A stretch of DNA of 64,000 nucleotides. It comes from a virus. Lineage: Duplodnaviria; Caudoviricetes. Made by a program: the position numbers and the translations under genes. Shown here piece after piece: positions 1 to 10,315 of this stretch. The notes under the pieces are model-generated. The model was not told the DNA's origin and made no database searches. It saw nothing but the letters and a program-made list of their open reading frames with translations. Where the stretch lies: the IMG/VR virus record IMGVR_UViG_3300015607_004069, positions 1 through 64,000 of that record, one strand, 5' to 3'. Position 1 is the first letter of the stretch, and each line of letters opens with the position of its first letter.

Positions 1-3000
1 GCTGCCAATAAGGCATCCGACAATTTCAACACTGCTAATTATCGCGTGTTTGGTTCTCAAATTCAGATCACCGCAGAGGCATATCGAACAGCAGCCGCTT
101 TTGGATTGATGGGTGATGAAGTCATACAGGCTTATAAGGCTTTGGGTGCACAGAGGCTGACCAATAATATCAATGACTTTAAGAAATTGTCTTTTGAAGC
201 ATTGGCCTTTTCACGTTCTACTGGAATGACTATTGAATCTACCGTTGGCTTACAGAAATCATTGATGGCTACCACTGGTTCTATAGATCAGACTAGTCAA
301 TATATGGCTAAAATAATCACTCATATGAAAGATTTTGGCCTTTCAACTTCAGAAGTTAATGGATTGGTAACTCAGCATGCCAGTAAAATTTTAGAATTGC
401 GCAGCGTCTATGGCTCTTTGACTGCTTCTATTACTGAGGCGCAAATACGTTTGGCTGCAATAGCCAAGGATTTGGGTGCTCCTGAGCAATTAGTCCAGAG
501 GGTCGGCACTGCTTTACAGAATCTTGAACCGATGCAGGCCGATTTAGTGGCAGGGTGGGCGGGTTATACTGGTGCCTTGATTACTGCTGAAGACAGAATG
601 AATCTGTTTGCCGCCATAACTCGGACATATTTCGATGAAGTCTTGAACGCGACGCAAGAGGGCACTAAAGATAGGCAGATTGCGGTGGCTCTGTTTACGG
701 GTAGGTTCGGCGAACTAGGCAAGACTGCTGCGCAAGTGGGCGACCAAATCAAAGCGCAGAAGATGACAATGGCCGATTTTGATGCTATGTTGAGGAAGTC
801 GGCTGACAGCGCAAAGAAGGCAGCTAATGCTGAAATGACATTTTGGGAAGAACTGAAGAACGCAAGTGATACTATACCTCGTCAGCTAGCGTTGCTTTCC
901 GAGCAAGTCCAGAATATTTTTAGAACGATCTGGACGGCAATTGCTCCCGGTGTCCTGATTATAGTCAAAGCTATAGGCATGGTAGTCTGGGTAATCAACG
1001 CAGTAGTTAGCGCACTAGTGACTTTACTTGATTACCTTGGGCCTGTTGGTACTGCCATAAAGGCCGTCCTTGGTGTGGTTCTGACTCTTGGAGTGGCCGC
1101 TCTTGCTTTAGGTAAAGTATTTGCTCTTGTGGCTGTCGGATTGACAAAGCTCGTTGTTGGTATTGGTGCTTTACTAAGTAGAATTCCGCTATTAGCTTCT
1201 GGCATTACCTCTATAGGGGTCGCTTTTGTTAATGCTCTTCGTGCTTTGTTACCGGTGGTTCCTGCTCTCCTTGGGCTAGGAGTGCTTTTTGCTGGCATCG
1301 GCATCGCTGCGTGGGGTCTGTCATCTGCTATTGAGAAATTGTCAGCGGTTGGCATGAGCAGCATTATTTATCTTGGACTGATGACTGCAGCTTTGATTGG
1401 GCTGGGAGTTGCCTTTGCCTACATCGGTAAGATAGCCACTGCTGGTGCGCCTGGCTTGCTTGCCATGGGTATCGCTTTTGCCGGTATCGGGGCAGCAGCC
1501 TTTGGTATAAGTGCTCTGATCACGACAATCGCTGGCAATTGGCAGTCTGCCATCGCTACAGGGTTCTTGCTGGCGACGGTGATTGGAGTGGTTACGACAG
1601 CTATCATTGCTTTGGCTACTGTGGGTACAGTAGCTGCTCCTCCACTGTTTTTATTAGGTGCAGCTCTGGCAGTCGTGGGCGGTGCAGCCTATTTAATCGG
1701 TCTTGGCATAAGCCAAATGATAACAGCGCTGAGCGGGTTGTCTGTCAAATCGACAGCTGTTTTGGTCGTTGTAGCTGTCAGTTTGGGTGTCGCCGGGTCG
1801 CTATTGGTTGCTGCTGGTGTGCCATTGCGCAGAGCGGCATTTGACATCATGGTTGCTGGAGCGATGTTATTAGTAGCCGGTACAACCTTGGCTATGGCGG
1901 CTATTCCATTTGCTGTCGGCTCTGCTGGTATGGGTGCCTCTGCTGTTGTGCTATTAGCCGGTTCTATAGCTCTTGCTGCTGCAGCTGCAATCCTTAAGCC
2001 AGCAACTACTATATTAAATTCTGTGCTTCCGGAATTGTATAAGGCTAGTTTGAAACTGACCGTCGCTTCGGCTCAATTTAAGGCCTCAATGGATCTGAAG
2101 TTCTTAGCTTCTGCGGCTATTCTGCTGGGTTCTTCTGCTGCTATCTTGGCTAGTTCGTTATTGTTAGCTGTAGGTGGTCCACTGTTGATAGTCGGAGCCA
2201 TGGCGTTGTTGTCCGCAGTGCAGTTGCTTGTGATTGCCGCTCCATTGTTGGAGAAATCACTGAATATTATTCAGAAACCGGCGCTGAGGCTGACGATTAC
2301 TGCTGCTTCTATAATGACTGGCGCTGGTATATTATTGGGTGCTGGTGCTATCCTTTTAGCATCGTCTGTCACTGTTGGTTTGGCAGCAGCTGTACTGCTT
2401 ATATCTGGCGTTGCTCTGATGGCTGCGTCAGTTCTGATTGGTCTAGCCGCTGGCATTCTGAATGTTTCTGGCGGTCTGATGTTGGCCGCTGGTGCACTTC
2501 TTACTGCTGGCTCGGCTGCTCTGGTGGCATCGGCTATTCCTATTGGTGTTGCAGCTATTGCCATTGGCATTGCTGGTCTTGCTATCTGGTTGGCATCAAA
2601 GCCATTGCAATGGGGTGCTGAGAATCTGAATGAAGCCAGTCAGAATTTCGCCAATGCTGGTAACGGATTATTGATAGCTGGCCCACTCTTATCTGCTGGC
2701 ATTAAGGCGATTGATGAAGGAACAGACGGTATAACCAGAATCGGGTTGTCACTCTGGTTAGGTTCTAAATCGTTTGGTAAGGGTGCGACTGAGCTATATG
2801 CTGCTGTCATGCCTATTGCTTCTGCTGCCCAGATGTTGGCTAGTGGTCTGAATAGCATCGATGTCGCATTGGCCAGACCTTATGGTGATCTGTTTAATTC
2901 ATTCTCCGCGAGCCTTGGTCAGGCCAGTGAACCTATGCTGGCCATGCTTGATGACGTGTCGGTCAGGATGGCATCTTATGCTTCTGAGATTGAGTCTACT

Positions 3001-3342
3001 GCCACTAGGATTTCAGGATCGTTCAACAAGGTCAACGCTAATGATGATCTGAATGCTTCTTCAACTAGGCCGTTAGCAAGGGATAGAGCGGCCATATTGT
3101 CTCCTGAGTCTGTGTCTTCTGCTGCTGAATCAGACAAGAAGATGAGGTTACTGGAGAAGCAGTGCGAGTTGCTTTCTGGTATCGCTGTGACTCTAGTAGA
3201 ATTGACCAAGAATGGTATTGCTGCCAATCCGGGTGATGGTAACGCTGCACTGATTGATGTGATGGAGGAAGTTCGCGATGCTTTGTTAAGCAGAAATATA
3301 CATAGCGACACTCAGGCTGCTCATATGACGGATTGGAGTTGA
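1..3342 (+). CDS. Tail tape measure protein (5' end lies upstream of the window)
   Basis: Frame is open from base 1; over 1100 aa, Ala/Leu/Gly-rich helical and strongly hydrophobic repeats; directly precedes baseplate genes. Confidence 0.85.
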   Translation, partial: AANKASDNFNTANYRVFGSQIQITAEAYRTAAAFGLMGDEVIQAYKALGAQRLTNNINDFKKLSFEALAFSRSTGMTIESTVGLQKSLMATTGSIDQTSQYMAKIITHMKDFGLSTSEVNGLVTQHASKILELRSVYGSLTASITEAQIRLAAIAKDLGAPEQLVQRVGTALQNLEPMQADLVAGWAGYTGALITAEDRMNLFAAITRTYFDEVLNATQEGTKDRQIAVALFTGRFGELGKTAAQVGDQIKAQKMTMADFDAMLRKSADSAKKAANAEMTFWEELKNASDTIPRQLALLSEQVQNIFRTIWTAIAPGVLIIVKAIGMVVWVINAVVSALVTLLDYLGPVGTAIKAVLGVVLTLGVAALALGKVFALVAVGLTKLVVGIGALLSRIPLLASGITSIGVAFVNALRALLPVVPALLGLGVLFAGIGIAAWGLSSAIEKLSAVGMSSIIYLGLMTAALIGLGVAFAYIGKIATAGAPGLLAMGIAFAGIGAAAFGISALITTIAGNWQSAIATGFLLATVIGVVTTAIIALATVGTVAAPPLFLLGAALAVVGGAAYLIGLGISQMITALSGLSVKSTAVLVVVAVSLGVAGSLLVAAGVPLRRAAFDIMVAGAMLLVAGTTLAMAAIPFAVGSAGMGASAVVLLAGSIALAAAAAILKPATTILNSVLPELYKASLKLTVASAQFKASMDLKFLASAAILLGSSAAILASSLLLAVGGPLLIVGAMALLSAVQLLVIAAPLLEKSLNIIQKPALRLTITAASIMTGAGILLGAGAILLASSVTVGLAAAVLLISGVALMAASVLIGLAAGILNVSGGLMLAAGALLTAGSAALVASAIPIGVAAIAIGIAGLAIWLASKPLQWGAENLNEASQNFANAGNGLLIAGPLLSAGIKAIDEGTDGITRIGLSLWLGSKSFGKGATELYAAVMPIASAAQMLASGLNSIDVALARPYGDLFNSFSASLGQASEPMLAMLDDVSVRMASYASEIESTATRISGSFNKVNANDDLNASSTRPLARDRAAILSPESVSSAAESDKKMRLLEKQCELLSGIAVTLVELTKNGIAANPGDGNAALIDVMEEVRDALLSRNIHSDTQAAHMTDWS

Positions 3343-3343
3343 A

Positions 3344-3970
3344 ATGGAGTATACTAAATACGATCGTAAGATAGCGAGTGCCAGTGTCTCTTTGGCATAC
3401 TCTAGTAATATGGTGGCATTTGGCCCGAACCGGATAGAATTTCAGTTTCCACCTCGTGTTAAGTCAGATAGTAGAACTGGCGAATGGACGGCAGTGGCTG
3501 TGGACGGCGGAAAAACCAATAATGCTCAAATGGAAGAACCTCTCTTTACTTATCAAGGTGGTAATCCGCGTAAAATCCAAATGGAATGGGACTATTTGGT
3601 GACCGATGGTGAAATAAACGCATTTAATCAGGGCGGTCTGGCATGGACAGTTGATCGAATTACTAGGAATCTAACGACTTTGAGGAGATACGCTGCCAAC
3701 GTCGATCAAAATGTGAAACAAAATGCTGTTTTCGATCAGCTCCTTATAAAATTAATTCTTTATGATATTGGTGGTAGGGAAAGTATGTCTTACAGGTCTG
3801 ATGGAGTAACAATTAGTTATGACGATGGATTGTTTATCGGTAATGACAGGACTTTTCCATTGAAGACCACTGTTGCTATGACACTTTATTCGTGGCCTAT
3901 AGTTGGCGCTCAAGGTAAAGGCTCTTTTGTTGCAAATGGCCAAGTCAGAACCTTTGCAGATTGGTACTAG
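3344..3970 (+). CDS. Tail tube initiator / baseplate hub-like protein
   Basis: Lies between TMP and gp53-like gene; FQFPP..I/V.D.R...W and EEPL.TY.GG.PR pattern resembles contractile-tail tube-initiator proteins. Confidence 0.5.
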   Translation: MEYTKYDRKIASASVSLAYSSNMVAFGPNRIEFQFPPRVKSDSRTGEWTAVAVDGGKTNNAQMEEPLFTYQGGNPRKIQMEWDYLVTDGEINAFNQGGLAWTVDRITRNLTTLRRYAANVDQNVKQNAVFDQLLIKLILYDIGGRESMSYRSDGVTISYDDGLFIGNDRTFPLKTTVAMTLYSWPIVGAQGKGSFVANGQVRTFADWY

Positions 3971-3972
3971 GC

Positions 3973-4290
3973 ATGGATAACATTCCTTTCGATCGATTTA
4001 ACGAAAATACGCCTATTATCGTAGACGGCATTAAAACATATGGCCTATGGAATCCGCCTCCCTTTTTAGATCCGTCTTATAAGATCCCTGATGATCAAAT
4101 TAGTACGTTTTATGTCGATTCTTCCACTGAAGGCAGGCCTGATATTATTGCGTCAATAGTATATGGAAGTAGCTATCTAGATTGGGTCATTATATATTTT
4201 AACAATGTCATTAACCCTTTGAACTGGCCGAAAGCAGGCACTACGGTATTGTATCCCAGTAATGCACTAGTGGCCAAGTTCATTACATGA
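3973..4290 (+). CDS. Baseplate wedge subunit, gp53/LysM-like
   Basis: GRPDIIASIVYGSSYLDWVIIYFNNVINPL is the gp53/LysM-like signature; ATG 3973 preferred over TTG 3961. Confidence 0.8.
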   Translation: MDNIPFDRFNENTPIIVDGIKTYGLWNPPPFLDPSYKIPDDQISTFYVDSSTEGRPDIIASIVYGSSYLDWVIIYFNNVINPLNWPKAGTTVLYPSNALVAKFIT

Positions 4291-4291
4291 G

Positions 4292-6379
4292 TTGAACATG
4301 ATTGAGTCAGAAGTTTTACATGAGCATGAACATGATAAGAAATATTATGGTGTATATCTAGCTAAGGTCGTTGATACAAATGATCCATTGAATGTTAATA
4401 GAATAAGAATAATTTGTCCTGATCTTCATGATTCTAATATCGATCAGAGCATGGCCCAATGGGCTACTTATCTGCCCTTTACCGGGTCGCCTAGAGCGGG
4501 AATGTGGTCTGCGCCTGTCAAGGATGACATAGTCGCCATTTTATTCTTTCATGGTAATCCGAATAATCCTGTGTGGCTGGGTGTTGTCCATCCTACTTTG
4601 CGTAGACATTATCCGATATTTTCACAACATCAGCCAGCACAATTGGCTCTGAACGAGAATGAAGATCCTGACAACAGTAGGCCTGATAGTGATGATTTAC
4701 CATATCTGCCTCGCGATGGCAGGCCGATGGGTGTCGGAATAGCTGATCCTTATGGCAATACGTTATGGATGAGCGGTGTTGGCTTCTTTCCTAGCCAGCA
4801 TAAGGAACGCCCTGCGCCTGTCGGTTCTGACCCAATATCTGGTTTTGAATTCAAGCAATTAAGTGACAACCCAGAAGTCAATGCGCCAGATATGAAGTTC
4901 ATGGCTAGTCTGACAAAATACGGCATGTATACTCTGATGTCTGATTGTGGTTATGAATGGAAGAATAGTGGCGAATACGGTGAGATAGAAGGCGACTATC
5001 TTCTAGATGATCAATTTGAGATTAATAGAGCGAAATATATCAGGAAATTGTTTACTCAGAATCAGACAAGCGGTAGAGATCAGCGACGCTGGCAGGCTGG
5101 CACCAGATACGGTCACATGTTTCTGATGTCTGATGTCGGCTGGGCGCAACCCGGTCCTATGCAATCGAAATCCAGACAGAATGAATATGGCGATCCGAAA
5201 TACCTGTCCAAAGAGACGGTCAGGGATGAGCGATGGATCAAGGTCAGGACTAAGGGAGGGATGCTACGCCAGATGTCTGATGTCGGTCTTGATCCCAATT
5301 TTGACGAGTACATCAAAAGGCTTCCTGATGAGGACATCAACGCTGATTCTGATGCTGATGCCATCTGGAGTGGTCGTGGCGATGCCCGTTTCATCAGAGA
5401 CGTTACCAGATATGGTTTCAAATTCGTCCTGTCAGATGTCGGAGCGGATAAGATAGAGCCGGAAAAGAAGGAAAATCCCAGAGGACAGGGCGTTCTGATC
5501 AAGGGTAGGCGAACAGGAGCCAGTCGGGTCAATAATAGCAAAGAAGGTAAGCCAGTCGGTTTCTACTTCGAAATTCAGGAAGGCAATGATTTTAATAGGA
5601 TGTCTATCGGAACCCCTCTTGGTTCGTTGATTGAATTATCTGATAATTATGAGTATGTCGGTTTGACGGTTGGTGGCGGATACGGCCAAGCCACCAGATG
5701 GGAAGGCACTAAGAATAACGAGTTTACTAGACAGTCTTTAGTTGACATTAATCCCGGTCTAGTCGGCAATATGCTTTTCATGGATAATGAAAATAAGTTC
5801 ATTATGCTTAGATCTAGAAGTGGTGTCGGTCCAGTTCCTGATAACAATACCGTCATCAATGATGATGTCGGTTCCTTCAGAGCCGGTTTCGAGGTTCGCG
5901 ATGGCGATGGTGAGGATGGAGCATGGGTCGAGTTAAATGACTCTGACAATCGTGGTATTTGGATGTCTCGTAAGTATAAGAGTCTGATGCTTCGATCTGG
6001 CAGTGCTTCGGGTAGTCCTACCAAGATGCTGATTGTCATGAATGACGAAGACAACAAGATTTCAATTTTCAATGGCGATCCTAAAGGCAAGATTGAGATT
6101 TATTCTGCTGGCGATTTGCAGGCACGAATAGATGGTGATATGAACGTGGTGGCTCGGAATATCAATATGACCGCTATCGAATCTATTAAACTTAATGGCG
6201 GCGGAAGCATTGTTGAGATTAATAATCAGGGAATGATGACACCCGGCGATATGATGGCTAAGGTTATTCGAGCTGATTTGAAAGACCCGAAGCCGGGTGG
6301 TGTTGCGCCTGATCTTCCTGAGATTGATGAGCCACCTCAGACTATCAGTCCTTCTGATAGGGGTAAAAGATATAACTAG
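4292..6379 (+). CDS. Baseplate central spike/hub, gp5/VgrG-like
   Basis: N-terminal OB-fold motif YLAKVVDTNDPLNVNRIRIICP...P..DD.V...F..G.P..PVWLG; beta-strand repeats; no lysozyme domain recognised. Confidence 0.85.
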   Translation: MNMIESEVLHEHEHDKKYYGVYLAKVVDTNDPLNVNRIRIICPDLHDSNIDQSMAQWATYLPFTGSPRAGMWSAPVKDDIVAILFFHGNPNNPVWLGVVHPTLRRHYPIFSQHQPAQLALNENEDPDNSRPDSDDLPYLPRDGRPMGVGIADPYGNTLWMSGVGFFPSQHKERPAPVGSDPISGFEFKQLSDNPEVNAPDMKFMASLTKYGMYTLMSDCGYEWKNSGEYGEIEGDYLLDDQFEINRAKYIRKLFTQNQTSGRDQRRWQAGTRYGHMFLMSDVGWAQPGPMQSKSRQNEYGDPKYLSKETVRDERWIKVRTKGGMLRQMSDVGLDPNFDEYIKRLPDEDINADSDADAIWSGRGDARFIRDVTRYGFKFVLSDVGADKIEPEKKENPRGQGVLIKGRRTGASRVNNSKEGKPVGFYFEIQEGNDFNRMSIGTPLGSLIELSDNYEYVGLTVGGGYGQATRWEGTKNNEFTRQSLVDINPGLVGNMLFMDNENKFIMLRSRSGVGPVPDNNTVINDDVGSFRAGFEVRDGDGEDGAWVELNDSDNRGIWMSRKYKSLMLRSGSASGSPTKMLIVMNDEDNKISIFNGDPKGKIEIYSAGDLQARIDGDMNVVARNINMTAIESIKLNGGGSIVEINNQGMMTPGDMMAKVIRADLKDPKPGGVAPDLPEIDEPPQTISPSDRGKRYN

Positions 6380-6430
6380 GAGGACTGTGTCATTAACTTA
6401 CAAGCGCCGACTGGTTTATATGAACGTGAG

Positions 6431-7099
6431 TTGCCATCGACTGATGATGATTCACGCTCTGTGACGTATTCTTGCAGTAAGCCTATTTCTCCAAGACCAG
6501 AATTATTATATTCGCAGATTCCTGATGCTTTGTTACGTGGTCGGAACCCTGTTGAGACGCTTTCTGATCGTATGGCTGACATGTCTGATATCATTAGCAG
6601 TTCTGCTGCTGGCAGGCCTACTATTCTCGCCTTGTCTCAGCCGCTTTATGCTCCCGGAGACATTCTTGAATTTGATTCGAATAATACAGAAACAGTAGTG
6701 CAGCAGCAGTCCGATTTGGTTATCAGGCACGATCTTTATCTGGCCGATCTTGACTCTATCGGATTGGACTCCGCCCCTCTGGTTCTTGAAATTAAGGCTA
6801 TTTACACGAATCAGATGGAGGCACTGGCGGATGCCCAGAGGCGTTTAAAGGACACTAAAATCAGTATTGATACGACTCAGCGATATATCAATGAGTCCAA
6901 TAAGGTGTTGAATACGATAGAGAAGGCTTTGGAAATCTCTAATTCGTCGATCTTACTATCTTCAAAAGAGATAGTTTCTGCCAAATTGGAAAGTTATAGG
7001 GCAACAATGGCTGAACTATTTGCGACTATGGAATCAGTCAACAATAACATCAACACGATCTCTGATAGCATCAGGGATCTATCGACTCTGGTGAGATAA
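6431..7099 (+). CDS. Hypothetical coiled-coil protein (start uncertain)
   Basis: 222-aa ORF in the baseplate operon, heptad-rich C-half, stop overlaps the gp25 start. Confidence 0.55.
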   Translation: MPSTDDDSRSVTYSCSKPISPRPELLYSQIPDALLRGRNPVETLSDRMADMSDIISSSAAGRPTILALSQPLYAPGDILEFDSNNTETVVQQQSDLVIRHDLYLADLDSIGLDSAPLVLEIKAIYTNQMEALADAQRRLKDTKISIDTTQRYINESNKVLNTIEKALEISNSSILLSSKEIVSAKLESYRATMAELFATMESVNNNINTISDSIRDLSTLVR

Positions 7100-7524
7100 T
7101 GTTACAAAAGCCGATAAAAAGACTATATTATGGCTGGAATAATCCGTTTCTTGGCGGTCAGCAGGGGATAATGTCTACTCAGTTCGATGAGGAGATAGTA
7201 AAAAACGACATTGTTCGATTATTGTTGACTGTTCCCGGAGAACGTGTCTTTCGCCCTCGATTCGGGACTCGTTTGAGGGCTATTGTATTTGATATGCTGG
7301 ACGCTTCTGATCTGATCATTATAAGAAATGAAATATTGACTGCGATTTCGGAGAATGACGAGCGAGTTAATGTTGTTAATCTGGAATTGGTTATGAATGA
7401 TAGCGAGTCCAGATTGGATGTCAAGCTAGTTTTTAATTTAAATGGGAATCCGTCAGTAAATTACTTTGTTGGTCTTGGTATTGGAACGTCTTCTATTACG
7501 ACTCTTCAGGAGAATGCAACATAA
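7099..7524 (+). CDS. Baseplate wedge subunit gp25 (GPW/gp25 family)
   Basis: LLLTVPGERVFRPRFGTRL...F...I..AI...D.RV signature. Confidence 0.92.
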   Translation: MLQKPIKRLYYGWNNPFLGGQQGIMSTQFDEEIVKNDIVRLLLTVPGERVFRPRFGTRLRAIVFDMLDASDLIIIRNEILTAISENDERVNVVNLELVMNDSESRLDVKLVFNLNGNPSVNYFVGLGIGTSSITTLQENAT

Positions 7525-9119
7525 TGTCTACTGTAACAATGTCGGTTCCGACTGATATTAATGAATTTGCTGTGCAATTGCCAGATGCAGAATTGCGTAA
7601 GATTGATTTCTCTGCTCTATCTTATCAGAGAGCGATTAGAGCCATAACTGAATATGTTAAGACATATTATCCAGATCGTTTCAATGACTTTGTGGCAAGC
7701 AACGGATTCATTGTCTGGATGGAGCTTGTAGCCAATGAGGTTGGCAAGCTTTCTCTGAGGCAAGATATTATAGCCGGTGAGTCGTTTCTAGTGACAGCCC
7801 GAAGTGATCGCGCTGTTGATAACCATATCGCTCTTATTGGCCAGACACGTCGTAGACAGACCTCTGCTACTGTCAATATAGAAGTGTCCTTGAATAATGT
7901 GACCAACAACGATGTCAGAATCCCAGCTGGTACTTCATTCACTATTATTGGTGCTGATCGTGACAATGTGACTTATGAGATCTTCAGAGTGCCGGGCGAT
8001 TTCGTTAATGACATAACTATACCATCTGGCAAGCGTGGAATTATAGCATATGGCATAGAGGGCAGGTTTGCTGCTCCTTTTTCTTATGTCAGCCCCGGTG
8101 GGCCGAATCAGATTATTTCTATTAATGAACCGGCTATGTTGGAACAGCCCATTTTCGTGTCTGTGAAGACTGGTGATCAGACGGAGGATTGGCAGGTCGT
8201 CAACAAGCCTATTGAGTTATATAGTCCGAATGATAAGGTGGTTGAGGTCTATTTCACTGGCGATATAGCCTATTTCAAGTTCGGTGATAATGTCCATGGT
8301 CAGGCTCTGTCTACTGGCCAGACGGTGACTATCAGATATCGGGTAGGGGGTGGCTCTAGGGGTAGGATCAGCACTGGAAAGATTGATGAAGTTCGCCCTG
8401 TATCCCCTTCCAATGTCAGTGCGGCTGTTTCTTTGCGCTTCAGGAATATAGGGCCTAGTTCTGGCGGCATAGACAAGGAGACGGCTCAGGAAGCCAAGAA
8501 AAGGGTTCCCAAAACGTTCGCGATGCATGGGAATATCGTTACCGATCAGGACTATATTAATGCGGCGGCGTTCTTCTCCCATCCCTACTATGGAACTATT
8601 CTGAGAGCATCGTATGCTATCAGATCGCATCTGAATGGTAATACTATTATTTTATATGTATTGGCTTCTGGGCCTGATGGATCTCCTTCTATAGCAAACC
8701 CGGCCTTGAAACAGGCTTTGCAGACCTATTTGAAGCAGTATAATACCATGGAAGAGGTGGAGATATCGGATGGTGCTTTGAAGGCTGTCGATGTTAGTGT
8801 TATTATTGGAGCCGATCGTAATTTTGATGCTTCTGTGATCCAAGACAATGTAGAGGCGGCGATTAATAATTTCTTTGATTTGTCTAATTGGTCAATGGGT
8901 CAACCTCTTTATATTTCTCATCTATATCAGACTATTCAGAATGTTGATGGTGTACAGCATGTGGAATTGTTAAGTCCTAATACGAATTTTGTGAAGGCTA
9001 TTCCGAATGCGGAAGGGACGGAGGGTACAGCCGGGGCTAACGGCGGTTTTTCCGTTTACCCGTACGAGTTGATTGTTTTGGGGACGAAGAAGGTAGTGGT
9101 GTACTACGATCAGAGATAG
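7524..9119 (+). CDS. Baseplate wedge subunit gp6 / baseplate J-like
   Basis: IDFSALSY...YYPDRFNDF, FGDNVHG, YRVGGG..G, GGIDKET, IVTDQDY motifs; follows gp25. Confidence 0.9.
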   Translation: MSTVTMSVPTDINEFAVQLPDAELRKIDFSALSYQRAIRAITEYVKTYYPDRFNDFVASNGFIVWMELVANEVGKLSLRQDIIAGESFLVTARSDRAVDNHIALIGQTRRRQTSATVNIEVSLNNVTNNDVRIPAGTSFTIIGADRDNVTYEIFRVPGDFVNDITIPSGKRGIIAYGIEGRFAAPFSYVSPGGPNQIISINEPAMLEQPIFVSVKTGDQTEDWQVVNKPIELYSPNDKVVEVYFTGDIAYFKFGDNVHGQALSTGQTVTIRYRVGGGSRGRISTGKIDEVRPVSPSNVSAAVSLRFRNIGPSSGGIDKETAQEAKKRVPKTFAMHGNIVTDQDYINAAAFFSHPYYGTILRASYAIRSHLNGNTIILYVLASGPDGSPSIANPALKQALQTYLKQYNTMEEVEISDGALKAVDVSVIIGADRNFDASVIQDNVEAAINNFFDLSNWSMGQPLYISHLYQTIQNVDGVQHVELLSPNTNFVKAIPNAEGTEGTAGANGGFSVYPYELIVLGTKKVVVYYDQR

Positions 9120-9477
9120 CGTCTGAGAATGCTTGAATGTCAGAGATAACCATGTCTTTCGGGTCTATTCTGGTATCCAGATAGTATATCTCTAGAACTA
9201 TGGAATCCTGAAGGGCTTTGAAGCCGTGTTTTATGCCTTTTGGCACTTGGACTTGCGCATCGCCTTTGGTTAGGAAATGCTCGGTCAGTTTGTCAGGGCG
9301 ACTAGGATCGCCACAGCAGAGCATTATTTCGCCGGAAATGACTTTGAACAGATTGTGTTTGTCATTGTGGTGGTGGATTGATGAAAATTCACCTTTGGCA
9401 ATGTTGAGTAGTATGACTTCCACTGAATCTGATCTGAAGACGGTCTGGCTCGTTCCCCAATTCTTGCAAGTCATCAT
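9037..9477 (-). CDS. Cupin-domain protein
   Basis: K.WG, SSIHHH..K.N.F.VISG and VPKGIKHGF.A..DS...EIY cupin motifs; 3' end overlaps the convergent baseplate gene. Confidence 0.75.
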   Translation of the reverse strand: MMTCKNWGTSQTVFRSDSVEVILLNIAKGEFSSIHHHNDKHNLFKVISGEIMLCCGDPSRPDKLTEHFLTKGDAQVQVPKGIKHGFKALQDSIVLEIYYLDTRIDPKDMVISDIQAFSDAISDRSTPLPSSSPKQSTRTGKRKNRR

Positions 9478-10031
9478 GGGTTCTGTAGTCCTAGTCTGTA
9501 CATTGATGTGCCGGGCGAATAGACTGCATTTATTGAACTAGTTCCAAGTGGTGGCATTGGATAAGTTGGCAATGTTGAGTCGTCCCAGTCTATGTATCCT
9601 TCTTCATGCTTGCATAATATTCTTGATATGAAGTTTGCGACTTTGATTGGAGTGATGTACATGGATTCGATACCGGCAGCGTCGATTTCTCCATTAAGAC
9701 CCTGACCGGATCTGATTGCCATGACTGCATCGCTGATGTTTGTGTGTTTGGTGTCGCCTAGGTACATTCTATTAACGCCTAGGACAAATAAGTTCCATCG
9801 AACTGTGCATTTTCCAGTTCTGGGGTCGTAGGCGTGGACTGTGGGACTTATTTCTACTTTGTCGATCAGTTGTGGGATCTGACTGATGGCGGTTGCTACG
9901 TTGATAGCGTCCACTGGTTCGTATAGATCGTTATCTTGATCTTGGAAGCTTTGCAGTATCAGCCTTCTTGCTAGATTTGCGTTTGCTGCTCTTTTGAGGC
10001 GTTCTTTGAGGGCGTTGGATATCGCTGGCAT
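9474..10031 (-). CDS. Hypothetical protein
   Basis: 185-aa ORF, ATGA-type overlap with the cupin gene. Confidence 0.65.
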   Translation of the reverse strand: MPAISNALKERLKRAANANLARRLILQSFQDQDNDLYEPVDAINVATAISQIPQLIDKVEISPTVHAYDPRTGKCTVRWNLFVLGVNRMYLGDTKHTNISDAVMAIRSGQGLNGEIDAAGIESMYITPIKVANFISRILCKHEEGYIDWDDSTLPTYPMPPLGTSSINAVYSPGTSMYRLGLQNP

Positions 10032-10275
10032 TTGATCGTGTCCTATTTGTCCACTCGGTAAATAACATATCTTCTGTATGTCTGATCCCTATTAATAGTT
10101 TTGATAGATTGCCTGTCCAATTCGTATGGACAACTAGTTGGCCTGATTCGTCAACGGCAACGATAGCGTGAGTATGGATTTTTGCTTCGGCGAGCACTTG
10201 CGCTGATTTAACTAGAGCGACTTGAGTGTCGTTAGCAAATGTGTTAGTGCCGTCAGCGTTTGGAGTGCTGGTCAT
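9931..10275 (-). CDS. Hypothetical protein
   Basis: ORF track 9931-10308; ATG at 10275 avoids overlap with the divergent gene. Confidence 0.5.
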   Translation of the reverse strand: MTSTPNADGTNTFANDTQVALVKSAQVLAEAKIHTHAIVAVDESGQLVVHTNWTGNLSKLLIGIRHTEDMLFTEWTNRTRSNASDIQRPQRTPQKSSKRKSSKKADTAKLPRSR

Positions 10276-10315
10276 GAAGTTAGCCTCGGTTCCGGAAGAG
10301 CTGGTCAATAAAGTT

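Noticed and set aside
900-2800. Hydrophobic stretch as a membrane transporter
   Set aside because: Position before the baseplate genes and repetitive Ala/Leu/Gly periodicity fit a tape measure protein
564-3311. Many short antisense and alternate-frame ORFs within the tape measure (and similarly within nrdJ, terL, portal, scaffold)
   Set aside because: Fully nested in long genes, no recognisable motifs, explained by codon bias
1-9119. Bacterial extracellular contractile injection system or T6SS locus
   Set aside because: Terminase, portal and phage replication genes in the same window indicate a true phage
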